A stretch of 64,000 nucleotides of DNA from assembly GCF_006345805.1 (NCBI RefSeq), contig NC_043001.1, positions 9,796,001-9,860,000 of the forward strand, read 5' to 3'. The notes under the pieces are model-generated. The model was not told the origin of the DNA and searched no databases. It was given only the letters and a program-made list of their open reading frames with translations. The position numbers were made by a program, and so were the translations under genes. Position 1 is the first letter of the stretch, and every line of letters starts with the position of its first letter. Of the stretch, positions 51,590 to 61,640 are shown piece by piece. Origin of the DNA: Octopus sinensis. Taxonomy: Eukaryota.

Positions 51590-51635
51590 AACAAAACGTT
51601 TCGGCTGATATACCCTCCAGCCTTCATCAGGTGTC
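51590..51635 (-). ncRNA. Minimal hammerhead motif with intact ACGU palindrome
   Basis: GACAC CUGAUGA A GGCUG-GAGGGUAUAU-CAGCC GAAA CGU U UUGUU (one stem I mismatch). Confidence 0.75.
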
Positions 51636-51761
51636 TTGGGGAAATTTCGAACCTGGGTTCTCATGTTGTTGTTGCTGTTGTTATTATTATTATTATTATT
51701 ATGATTATTTTTAATAATAATAATAACATCGAAAATATACCCAGGTTCAAAATTTCACCAA

Positions 51762-51807
51762 GATACCTGATGAAGGCTGGAGGGTATATCAGCTGAAATG
51801 TTGTGTT
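51762..51807 (+). ncRNA. Minimal hammerhead motif
   Basis: GAUAC CUGAUGA A GGCUG...CAGCU GAAA UGU U GUGUU; all substitutions are G.U-compatible. Confidence 0.72.
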
Positions 51808-51994
51808 AACAACAAACAAGATGAGGACAAATATCTGTCAAATGTAAATAATGTAAATAATTCCTCATCTCTTAAATATGGAACTGTTGTACATTTATTT
51901 AAATAATTAAAATCCACCGGTCACATACCATGCATGAGTTTTATGTTAACTTGTTCGGGTTTTTTGTGTATATATTGCAATTAAAATAAACAGA

Positions 51995-52392
51995 GGTGCA
52001 GGAGTGGCTGTGTGGTAAGTAGCTTGTTTACCAACCACATGGTTCCGGGTTCATTCCCACTGCATGGCACCTTGGGCAAGTGTCTTCTACTATAGCCTCG
52101 GGCCAACTAAAGCCTTGTGAGTGGATTTGGTAGACGGAAACTGAAAGAAGCCCGTTGTATATATGTATATATATATATATATGTGTGTTTGTGTGTCTGT
52201 GTTTGTCCCCTAGCATTGCTTGACAACCGATGCTGGTGTGTTTATGTCCCCGTTACTTAGCGGTTTGGCAAAAAGAGACCGATAGAATAAGTACTGGGCT
52301 TACAAAAAAGAATAAGTCCTGGGGTCAAGTTGTTTGACTAAAGGCAGTGCTCCAGCATGGCACAGTCAAATGACCAAAACAAGTAAAAGAGT
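51995..52392 (+). mobile_element. SINE family A, full length
   Basis: ggtgcaggagtggctgtgtgg...acaagtaaaagag. Confidence 0.9.
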
Positions 52393-52419
52393 ATATATAT
52401 ATATATATATAAATAATTT

Positions 52420-52735
52420 CATTATATAAAAGGGCCTAGTAAAATAAATTACTTTGCCGCATACTGAACTCATTAGAAATAGTAGCTAAAAAAAACTTTT
52501 TTAAAACTATTTAAAACTATTTCTAATACTTTCTTTAAGTATTAGAAATAGTTTTAAAAAAGTTTTTTTTAGCTACTATTTCTAATGAGTTCAGTATGCG
52601 GCAAAGTAATTTATTTTACTAAGCCCTTTTATATAATGTAATAATTTGAATTCACCTTAAATGGTCCCTTTGCATACTGAATACTTGGTGAAATTGATTA
52701 ATAATTAATTAATTTTACCCTCAATTGTTGAAATT
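52420..52735. mobile_element. Fold-back element 1 in (TA)n: ~100 bp near-perfect inverted arms plus ~95 bp unique tail
   Basis: Arms 52420-52531 and 52537-52638; 5 nt loop; one mismatch and one 10 bp duplication. Confidence 0.8.
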
Positions 52736-53184
52736 ATATATATAAATATATAAATATATATATATACTCTTTCTGTGCTCCTTCTTACAAGGCATTCATT
52801 GATCCAAAGCTGGAGCAGAAGACACTAGCCTGTGGTCTAGCAAATTGAGATGAAGCTGAAAGCAACAATGTAGCAATGCAAACCACTTCACACCATTAAG
52901 TGAAAGTAGGTTACAAGTCAAACCCACTGAGGCGTTAAACATTATCCATATATATAAGGGTCAAGCATGAGCAACTTACTGTAAAATCAGTCTATCACTA
53001 TTTCAATCAAGTGTTTCACTCTATAGATTGATTTTTATCTATTGGTCATGTCGAAAATGGATTTGTAAACATTAATGAAAGAAATAAAATGAATCGCTAT
53101 TTCATTAACCCCAAATTAGTGTTTCATGAAGATATTTTAATGAAATAATATTTTTTAAGTTATTTTTCTTTGAGAATTTGCTTG

Positions 53185-53234
<50 letters not shown>

Positions 53235-53354
53235 TATGCATGCACATACATGTATACTCTAACACACAAAGATATATGTATATATGTACACATGCATGTG
53301 CACTCATACACACACATACACACACTTATGGATGTATATATATATATACATATA

Positions 53355-53406
53355 TCATCATCATCATCATCATCATCATCGTTTAACGTGATGATGATGA
53401 TGATGA
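53355..53406. repeat. (CAT)n-cgtttaacgt-(GAT)n mini fold-back derived from an RTE tail
   Basis: RTE terminal acgttaaacgatg (minus strand) flanked by inverted trinucleotide runs. Confidence 0.7.
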
Positions 53407-53431
53407 TATATATATATACATATATACATGT

Positions 53432-53469
<38 letters not shown>

Positions 53470-54409
53470 ACATGTATACTCGCACGCACAAGCATATGTA
53501 TGTATACACGTGGACACATGCACATGCACTCACACACACACATACATATGTATGTGTTCATGTGTGTATATATATATATATATATATACATATATATATA
53601 CATACACACACACACACACAAGCATACATCCATCTTCACTCATATATATCTAAACACACTCTGTATGTATATATGTATCTATGTACGTATGTATGTATGT
53701 ATGTATGTATGTATGTATGTATGTATGTATGAATATGAGCATCTATATATATGCGTGTATATATATTTCTACATGCATATTTTTATTTATTGCTTGTATT
53801 GTCTATTTCTCCTTTGAGCACAAAACAATTTATCTTTGGAAATATATCTAATTATTCTCAGATATTCTTAATCTTATCATGTCCATACTTAAATTAACTT
53901 TTCTTTTATCTTTCCAAACCTTTCTCTGCCATTATTATTAGATAAGATTTATATACTTTCATTAGTTTAATTGGTGCTATCACATTTCTTGGCAGCATTT
54001 ATAATGACTTGAAAGACTCCTCAATAATAAATTTCATATATACGTATAAGTGTGTGTGTGTGTGTGTGCGTGTGTGGGTATGTGTACGCACGTTTGTGCA
54101 TACATATGTATGTATATATATATAGAGATGCACACATGCATACATACACTCATACAGTTGATAATTGTCACATCCATTATCGCATCCATATCAATTGTTG
54201 GTGGATATGACCTTTCTGCTGACTTTTTCATGAAAGATTTTAGTTCACACATTAATTAGTGGGGGACTTTTATCAATGTTCGGTCGTATGACAAAGGATA
54301 TAGTTTTGTCTTGTTACCAAATTTAAGACAATATTAAAACTAAGATTATCATTATCATCATCATCATCATCATTGTTATTATTATTATTAATATTAATAT
54401 TAATATTTA

Positions 54410-54820
54410 CGTGACGAGCTGACAAAACCATTGGCATGCCAGACAAAATGCTAAGTGGCATTCTGTCTGAGTTCAAATTGCGCTGAGGTCAGCTTTGCCT
54501 TTCTTCACTTTGGAAGCAATAAAATAAAATACCACTTGAGTAGGGAGGGATTTGCCCCCTCACCCAAAATGTCAGGCCTTGTGCCTTTTGTAGGAAGAAT
54601 TATTATTATTAGCATTAAGATAGCAAAATAATCAGCTCCTTGGACAAAATGCCTTAGCAGCATTTCTTCTGACTCTTTGCGTTTTAGGTTCAAATTCCAC
54701 GAAGGTTGACCTAAGTTTTTAGTCTCTCAGAGTTGATAGAATAAAGAACCAGTTGAGCACAGGAGTTGATATAATCTGCTAAATCATGGCTCACAAAATT
54801 GCTGGCCTTGTGCCAAGTTT
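54410..54820 (+). mobile_element. Two degenerate SINE family B variants
   Basis: gagctgacaaaacc...gagttcaaattg; ggttcaaattcc...ttgagcacagg. Confidence 0.55.
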
Positions 54821-54949
54821 AGAATGACCTTATTATTTGAGATGCTACTTTTGAAAGCTAGTTTGATTTAAAAGTCAGATTCTTTGGTTTTTGAGTTAAA
54901 GAATTGTCATGTTTGAAAACTAAATAGAAATGGAAGATAATCCTCACAG

Positions 54950-55250
54950 TACATGGAGTCACATTGCCTAGGGGTTAGAGCAGCAGACGCATGGTCGAGG
55001 AACTGCGGGTTCGAATCTCAGACTGGGCGATATGTTTATGAGTGAAACACCTAAGCTTCACACTGCTCCAGCAGAAGGCAATGGCAAACTTCTGTTGACT
55101 CTTTCGCTACAACTTTCTCTCACTCTTTCCTCCTGCATCTAGCAGCTCACCTGTAATGGACTAGCTTCCCATCCAGGTGGGGTACTGTTGCACCAATGAA
55201 ACCAGGAAACCGGCCTTTATGAGCCATGCATGGCTTGAGAAGGAACAAGG
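54950..55250 (+). mobile_element. SINE family C, 3' module type 1
   Basis: Homologous along its length to 23489-23790. Confidence 0.8.
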
Positions 55251-56109
55251 AATCCTCACAGCATTTCTTATAGATTGGTTAGATTGGTTATTGTAGCATG
55301 TACCCAGGTGACTGATTGTTTTGGAGGAGGGGTTTTTTTTCCATTAAAAATTAATCGTTACATTGTCTATTTAATTAGTTTTCTACTTCTTCGAGTATTA
55401 AGATTGTAGAAGATATTTAATTGCAGCACCGGCATACATGCTGTTGTTGAAAATATTTATACAAATGTAACAAAAGGGAATTCTTAGCTAAAAGATTTGC
55501 TGGTGTTTTGCCTATGCAGACCCTGGCCGAGTGGACCTATGTTCAGAGACACTCTGGCCATGGCTATCCTGTTTCACCAATTCAAACATTTTATCTTGGA
55601 GAAGACCTTTATCCAGTGAGTACTTCCATTTTTAAGATAGCAGTGTGATTTAAGGGATATTTTACTGCTATTTCTAGCAAATCAAGTTACTTCATAGACA
55701 TTTTCTTATTGAAATTCACAGAAACTGATCAGTGAATGTTATTAGTTCCATTGACCAGAATCGAACCCCAAAGCTACTGTGTTGGGTAACAAGACCACAC
55801 AAGTATTCTGTATTCCTTTGTTTTTTTTTTCCAGGAACAGCTTTGATCTGGTTTGGCTTATTTAATTTTACTTCATTTTTATAGTTGAAAAATTATTTTT
55901 AATGGTTCCTAAAGAAGGTATAACCATCAAGTGAAGCTTTAAAAAGTGAACAGAGAAGAGAAAACATATTTTTCAAGGTCCAGTGAGAATAGAGATTACA
56001 GACAGTTTAGGGGGTAGACTAGAAAACAACAGATGCCAGCATCGCCCCCTTTATCCATGCCACTTTGTGTTTAACTCTAGGGGCCCTCTGTAAATTCCCA
56101 ACCAATTCC

Positions 56110-56119
56110 TACTACTATG

Positions 56120-56172
<53 letters not shown>

Positions 56173-56272
56173 CACTACTACTACTATTACTACTACCACC
56201 ACCACCACCACTACTACTACTTTTGTTACTACTACCACTACTTCTGCTACTACTTACTACTACTACTACCAC
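56110..56272. repeat. (ACT)n/(ACC)n compound trinucleotide repeat
   Basis: Direct reading of the sequence. Confidence 0.95.
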
Positions 56273-57610
56273 CCTTTTCTGGCTCCAGAACCCTTGCATG
56301 GTGTATGCTTTATATTTATTAACCAGATGGTATAGATATCTACGAATGTACAGTCAGCCATATATCCTCTTTTAGGGATTCCGACCGATGCTGATGGATA
56401 ATGATTCCCCGTTCTTCCTCCTTTCATTCACCAGCAGAAACATTCCATTCATATTCTCTCACTTTTACCATTTGATATATTTTCTCCCCTGCCACGTTAT
56501 GGTCAATCTACTTCCGGGCCAAAATATGAAATATTGATTCCATTTAAAGGCACCAGGTGAATTCTATTACAGAAGAGCTATAAGTTGAATGAATCAATTT
56601 CGACTGTATTGCTGGTGCTTATTCTACCAGCGAGTGAGTGAAAGAGAAAGAGAGAGAGAGAGGGGGGAAAAAAAGGAAACGCTCTATTGGGATTTAAACA
56701 CAGAATTGGAAGAGACAGAATTAAATATGGCCAACACTCAACTGTCTAGCATCTTTTAAAATATCAAATATTAATGATTCTCAAAACCTCCTTGAAATAA
56801 ATTTGATGTGGAAGATGAAAAAGAAATAAATATATTGGATGAGAATATATTTCCTTCTTGTGAATTTCATATAACTCTAGACTGTATTGTTAAAATATAT
56901 ACGTATGTGTTAGTTATTTAAAACATGTAGCTGAAATATTTCTGCAGCTTTTAAAACCTGGGATGAGTTTATCACCTCACACCAGGTCATTTCTTTCTTT
57001 CAAGTTTGTTATTTGTCTCTTCTTTATTTCTCAAACTTTTGAGTGAAGTTCTGCGTTATAAATCACGTCTTCAAGAGAAGAAGGTTAGAATGATGCGCAG
57101 AAATCATATATTTCAAATTCAATTTCGACTTTGGAATATCTTGGCTGTGCACTTCCTTTTATACAGTTTTGGCCTTTTGTGCATGTTGTACATGAAATTT
57201 CAAATATTATCAGCTTCTTGAGACATGAAAAGACGAAAGCATCTAATTTTCAGCTTGTAATGCTTCGGGTGTCGAGAGAGAAGATGGTTTAAAGATCCAT
57301 AAAACCAAACTTATAAACCTTAAGATTGACGTTTTTGTCATTATTCTTTAGAACTAAGGCAATCCTAATTGAGTAGGACTATTTTCAAAGACATTCCAGC
57401 TGTGACCAACTTGTCATATCCAGGTTCTTTTTTATGGATTCAGTCTTCCACTGCATGGGACATTGAGCAAGAGTCTTTTACTCTAACCCAACACCAATAC
57501 CAGACTTAAATAAGTTTGTCCAACTAAAACCCTTTCAAGGCATCAAAGGCATTACCCCAGCATGGCCACGGTCTATTCACTGAAACAAGTAAAACATAAA
57601 GCTATGTGAT

Positions 57611-57924
57611 ACAGTTCTATATTTGAGAGATGAGGAATTATGCACACTGTTTACATTTGACGGATATTTCTCCTCATCTTGTTTGCTGTTAACACAACGT
57701 TTTGGCTGGCCTGAATGATGATAATAATAATAATAATGATAATAATGATAATAATAATAGTAACAACAACATCGTAAAATACCTTAGGAATGAGAACCCA
57801 GGTTTGAAATTTTCCCAAGACACCTGATGAAGGCTGGAGGGTATATCAGCAGAGATGTTTTGTTAACAACAAACAAAATGAGGACAAATATGCATCGAAT
57901 ATAAATAATGTAAATAATGTAAAT
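57611..57924. mobile_element. Inverted HHR-SINE dimer (minus 57611-57709; plus 57710-57924) flanked by a 14 bp direct repeat
   Basis: taaagctatgtgat at 57597-610 and 57924-37; plus-copy CTGATGA 57824-30 with GAAA>GAGA; minus copy truncated in stem II. Confidence 0.82.
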
Positions 57925-58769
57925 AAAGCTATGTGATTTGAGGAAAGTTTGGTTGCTATTTCTAGTAGGTAGAGAAACCACATTGGTTCCTGCAACATAA
58001 AAGATTGCATTTTTATCCCCATACTATACCTAATAATATCATGAGATAGATTTGCTTTACCATAGATAGTTGCTCAAATAGATATTGCTTATATGACTCC
58101 ATGGCTTCTAATTGTTTTAAATTGCTGTCATAAAAGTCGTACTTTTGTTTCCTTATCTTTGTTTCTGTTTAATTTTTGTTGTTTTTATAAACTAGATATT
58201 TTAATGACAGATGTCACTACACACATCACATATCTATTGCAGAATTCACTTTCACAAAAAGTTTTGTTTTTTTTTGTTCTTTTTGACTGATTTTTATCTG
58301 GTGTATCATAGAGATAAACAATCTCGCTAATTTGTTGACTATTAATAAAAGAGAATTTTTCTATCATTTGTCAACATGTCTGCTGTCAGTCATAAATGTG
58401 GTAGAAGATTATAGTCATGATGGCAGTAAGCTGGAATAAACAGAGTTTAATAGTTGTAATTTATTTGAATAAACAACAAAATTATTTACAAGTGAAAACT
58501 ACACAAATATAGGCAGCTGTATTCTCATATGATTATAAAAATGTTAGCTGGGAGAAAAAAAAATATACTAAATATGAAACATGCAGCTTTATTCTAGAAT
58601 TTTTGTGTATTTACATATGCACACACCTACGTATACTTCTATATCTGCAATGGTATATAATGTTTTACTTTTTTATCTGCAGTAATATTGATCACATTTT
58701 GGATGTATACTACTGCTCGAAAACCATTTTTGTACTGAAATGGGTTCAATCTGAACTTCGTTTTCTATT

Positions 58770-58925
58770 CACACATACACACAAGTAGGGCTTCTTTCAG
58801 TTTTTCTTTACTGAATCCACTCACAAGGCTTTCAGCAAGCCCAAGGCTATAGTAGAGATACTTGCTCAAGATACCACACAGTGGGTTTGAACCCAAAACA
58901 TGTGATTGGGATGCAAGCTTCTCGC
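58770..58925 (-). mobile_element. SINE family A, 5' half
   Basis: gggcttctttcagttt...gtgggtttgaacccaaaacatgtg. Confidence 0.75.
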
Positions 58926-58930
58926 TACAG

Positions 58931-59170
58931 GAGAGTCCAGTTTGCTGGAATTGTTGTAGAGCTGAAAAAGAGGTCATTTCTACTCTTCTCCTCTGGAAGC
59001 CATCTACTCGCAATACCAGAGGGCGCACACTCTCCTACCCTGATGTAATCTCCAGGGATACAGGCATCCAGCAACAGGACCTCCGTAATGCCATGATGGA
59101 CCATGAAGTCTGGCGTAGCATGGTAAATTCCATTGTCTCGACCAGGGTTGAACAATGATGAAAATGATGA
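58931..59170 (+). mobile_element. RTE-like LINE family 2, short 3' fragment
   Basis: CCRAEKEVISTLLLWKPSTRNTRGRTLSYPDVISRDTG...; homologous to 7241-7720 and 23899-24352. Confidence 0.88.
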
Positions 59171-59264
59171 TAGAATAGAATTTTTTTTCCCCTAAAATCC
59201 ATGGAATCTCATCTAAATGACCAACAAGATCATTCAGTAGTGGATTATAATTTAATTCTTTAAT

Positions 59265-59799
59265 TTGTTTCAGTCATTTTGACTGTGGCCATGCTAGAGC
59301 ACCACCTTTAGTCGAGCAAATTGACTCCAGGACTTATTCTTTGTAAGCCTAGTACTTATTCTATTGGTCTCTTTTGCCGAACTGCTAAGTGACGGGGACG
59401 TAAACACACCAGCATCGGTTGTCAAACGATGTTGGGGAGACAAATACATACACACTCATACATATATATATATATATATATACCAATTAAGGACTGAACA
59501 CGAAAGTGGACAGTCAACATGCTAGATATAGACGTCAAATCGCCATTCACCACAAAAGATTAGTTTCTCAGATCAAACTCAACACAAAACCATAGCAATA
59601 AACTATGTGTTGAGTTTGATCTGAGAACATAATCTTTTGTGGTGAATGGCGATTTGACGTCTATATCTAGCATGTTGACTGTCCACTTTTCGTGTTCAGT
59701 CCTTAATTGGTATATATAAATATTTTAATCTTCGGATTCTTTTTAATATGCTAGACCACTGGTCTTAATTGATAAATATCAATTTCTACCCTAATTAAT

Positions 59800-59833
<34 letters not shown>

Positions 59834-59990
59834 CGACAGGCTTCCTTCAGTTTCTGTCTATCAAATCCACTCACAAGGCTTTGGTCGGCTTGAGGCTATA
59901 GAAGAAGATATTTTGCCCAAGGTGCCATGCAGTGGGACTGAACCCGGAACCATGTGGTTGGTAAGCAAGCTACTTACCACACAGCCACAG
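59265..59990 (-). mobile_element. SINE family A split by fold-back element 2
   Basis: 3' half 59265-59480; 5' half about 59830-59990. Confidence 0.85.
59482..59800. mobile_element. Fold-back element 2 in (TA)n: ~105 bp inverted arms plus ~85 bp unique tail
   Basis: Arms about 59475-59586 and 59606-59718; about 19 nt loop. Confidence 0.85.
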
Positions 59991-60796
59991 TTTTCCTGAG
60001 GATTTGGTTTAGTTGTCCTCCATAGGACTTCTTCTGCCCAAGCAGGATTGACTTGAGCCCCACCTTCTCCCACCATCCCTGAACAACCATCTCAAGGGCA
60101 AAGCAAAAATATTAAAACAGTAAACTCCTAAGAGAGTCCCACACTTCATCAGCGAACATTTTTCCAACTCACATCAGCCATTAAAATAACATGCACTCTT
60201 TCACCTTTATCGCAAATGATACGCTCCCATGGTTCTGTCTTTTAGATGTTTTGTTAGTACTCTAACCTCTCATTCTACACACACACACACACACACATAC
60301 AATAGTATGGCTAATGCAAACAGCTGTGTAGACATACACATATATGTGCATATACATCTCTCTCTATATATATGTGTGTACATGTGACAGTGTGTGTATG
60401 TACATGTGAGTGTGTATGTACATGTGTGAATACATATATATATATATTGATATATATATCATATATATTATATCACATATATATAATACCATATATATAT
60501 ATATATATATGATATATATATCATATATATATGATATATATATATATATATGATATAAATATATATATAAATATATGATATAAATATATATATATAAATA
60601 TATGATATATATCTTATATATATATATATATCATCATCATCATCATCATCGTTAGCGTCCGTTTTCCATGCTAGCATGGGTTGGACGGGTCAACTGGGGT
60701 CTGTGAAGCTGGAAGGCTTCGTCAGGCCCAGTCAGATCTGGCAGTGTTTTTCTACGGCTGGATGCCCTTCTAACGCCAAACACTCCGCGAGTGTAG

Positions 60797-61595
60797 TGGG
60801 TGTTTTTTACGTGCCACCTGCACTGGTGCCAGACAGAGCTGGCGAACGGCCACGAACGGATGGTGCTTTTACGTGTCACCGGCACGGGACCAGGCGATGC
60901 TGGCAACGGACACGAACGGATGGTGCTTTTACGTGCCACCGACACGGGGCCGGACAGAGCTGGCAACCGGCCATGAACGGACGGTGCTTTTACGTGTCAC
61001 CGGCACGGGGGCCAGCCGAGACTGGCAACGGACGCGAACGGATGGTGCTTTTACGTGCCACCGACACGGGGCCAGACAGAGCTGGCAAACGGCCACGAAC
61101 GGATGGTGCTTTTACGTGTCACCGGCACGGGGGCCAGCCGAGGCTGGCAACGGACGCGAACAGATGGTGCTTTTACGTGCCACCGACACGGTTGCCAGAC
61201 AGAGCTGGCAAACGGCCACGAGCGGACGGTGCTTTTACGTGTCACCGGCACGGGGGCCAGCCCAGGCTGGCAACGGACACGGATGGATGGTGCTTTTACG
61301 TGCCACCGACACGGGGCCAGACAGAGCTGGCAAACGGCCACGAACGGATGGTGCTTTTACGTGCCACCGACACGGGGCCAGACAGAGCTGGCCAACAGCC
61401 ACGAACGGACGATGCTTTTACGTGTCACCGGCACGGGGCCAGGCGAGGCTGGAAACGAACACGAACGGGTGTGTTGTGCCACTACACCGACACGGGGCCA
61501 GGCAGAGCTGGCAAACGGCCATGAGCGAATGGTGCTTTTACATATCACCGGCACGGGTGCCAGATGAGGCTGACAGCGGACACGAACAGATGGGT
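60797..61595 (-). repeat. 13 tandem units of ~61 bp (A/B alternating) in the RTE 3'UTR
   Basis: tgcttttacgtg anchors at about 60801, 60864, 60924, 60985, 61046, 61107, 61168, 61230, 61291, 61352, 61413, (61470 degenerate) and 61533. Confidence 0.92.
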
Positions 61596-61640
61596 CACTT
61601 AACCCCTGCTTTCTGATATATGATTTGATTTTGATTGTTC

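Larger units (their letters stand above)
51538..51886. mobile_element. Inverted HHR-SINE dimer (minus 51538-51708; plus 51712-51886), both lacking the tRNA head
   Basis: Mirror-image arms around an (ATT)n/(AAT)n centre. Confidence 0.85.

Noticed and set aside
52582-52695. Hammerhead in fold-back element 1 (CTAATGA...long stem...GAAA)
   Set aside because: The core has CUAAUGA rather than CUGANGA, GAAA is about 8 nt away from the stem end, and no stem I/III closure was found.
57006-57090. Micro-exon EVLRYKSRLQEKK ending at AAG|gttaga
   Set aside because: No convincing acceptor, no partner exons and no recognisable homology.
60740-60830. Twister ribozyme (RTE UTRs can carry twisters upstream of a similar gttggcgttaggaagggcatcc motif)
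   Set aside because: The CCCAAGCCCGG loop and GAGGG pairing partner expected for twister are absent; kept only as an unknown structured motif.
60797-61595. CRISPR-like array (conserved core with intervening sequence)
   Set aside because: The intervening segments are themselves repeated (A/B types) rather than unique spacers, there are no cas genes, and the array lies in a LINE 3'UTR in animal DNA.
60676-61616. Long ORFs (282, 247 and 170 aa) in the ORF track
   Set aside because: They are antisense read-throughs of the GC-rich tandem 3'UTR array; the ~61 bp period shifts frame between units, and no domain is recognisable.
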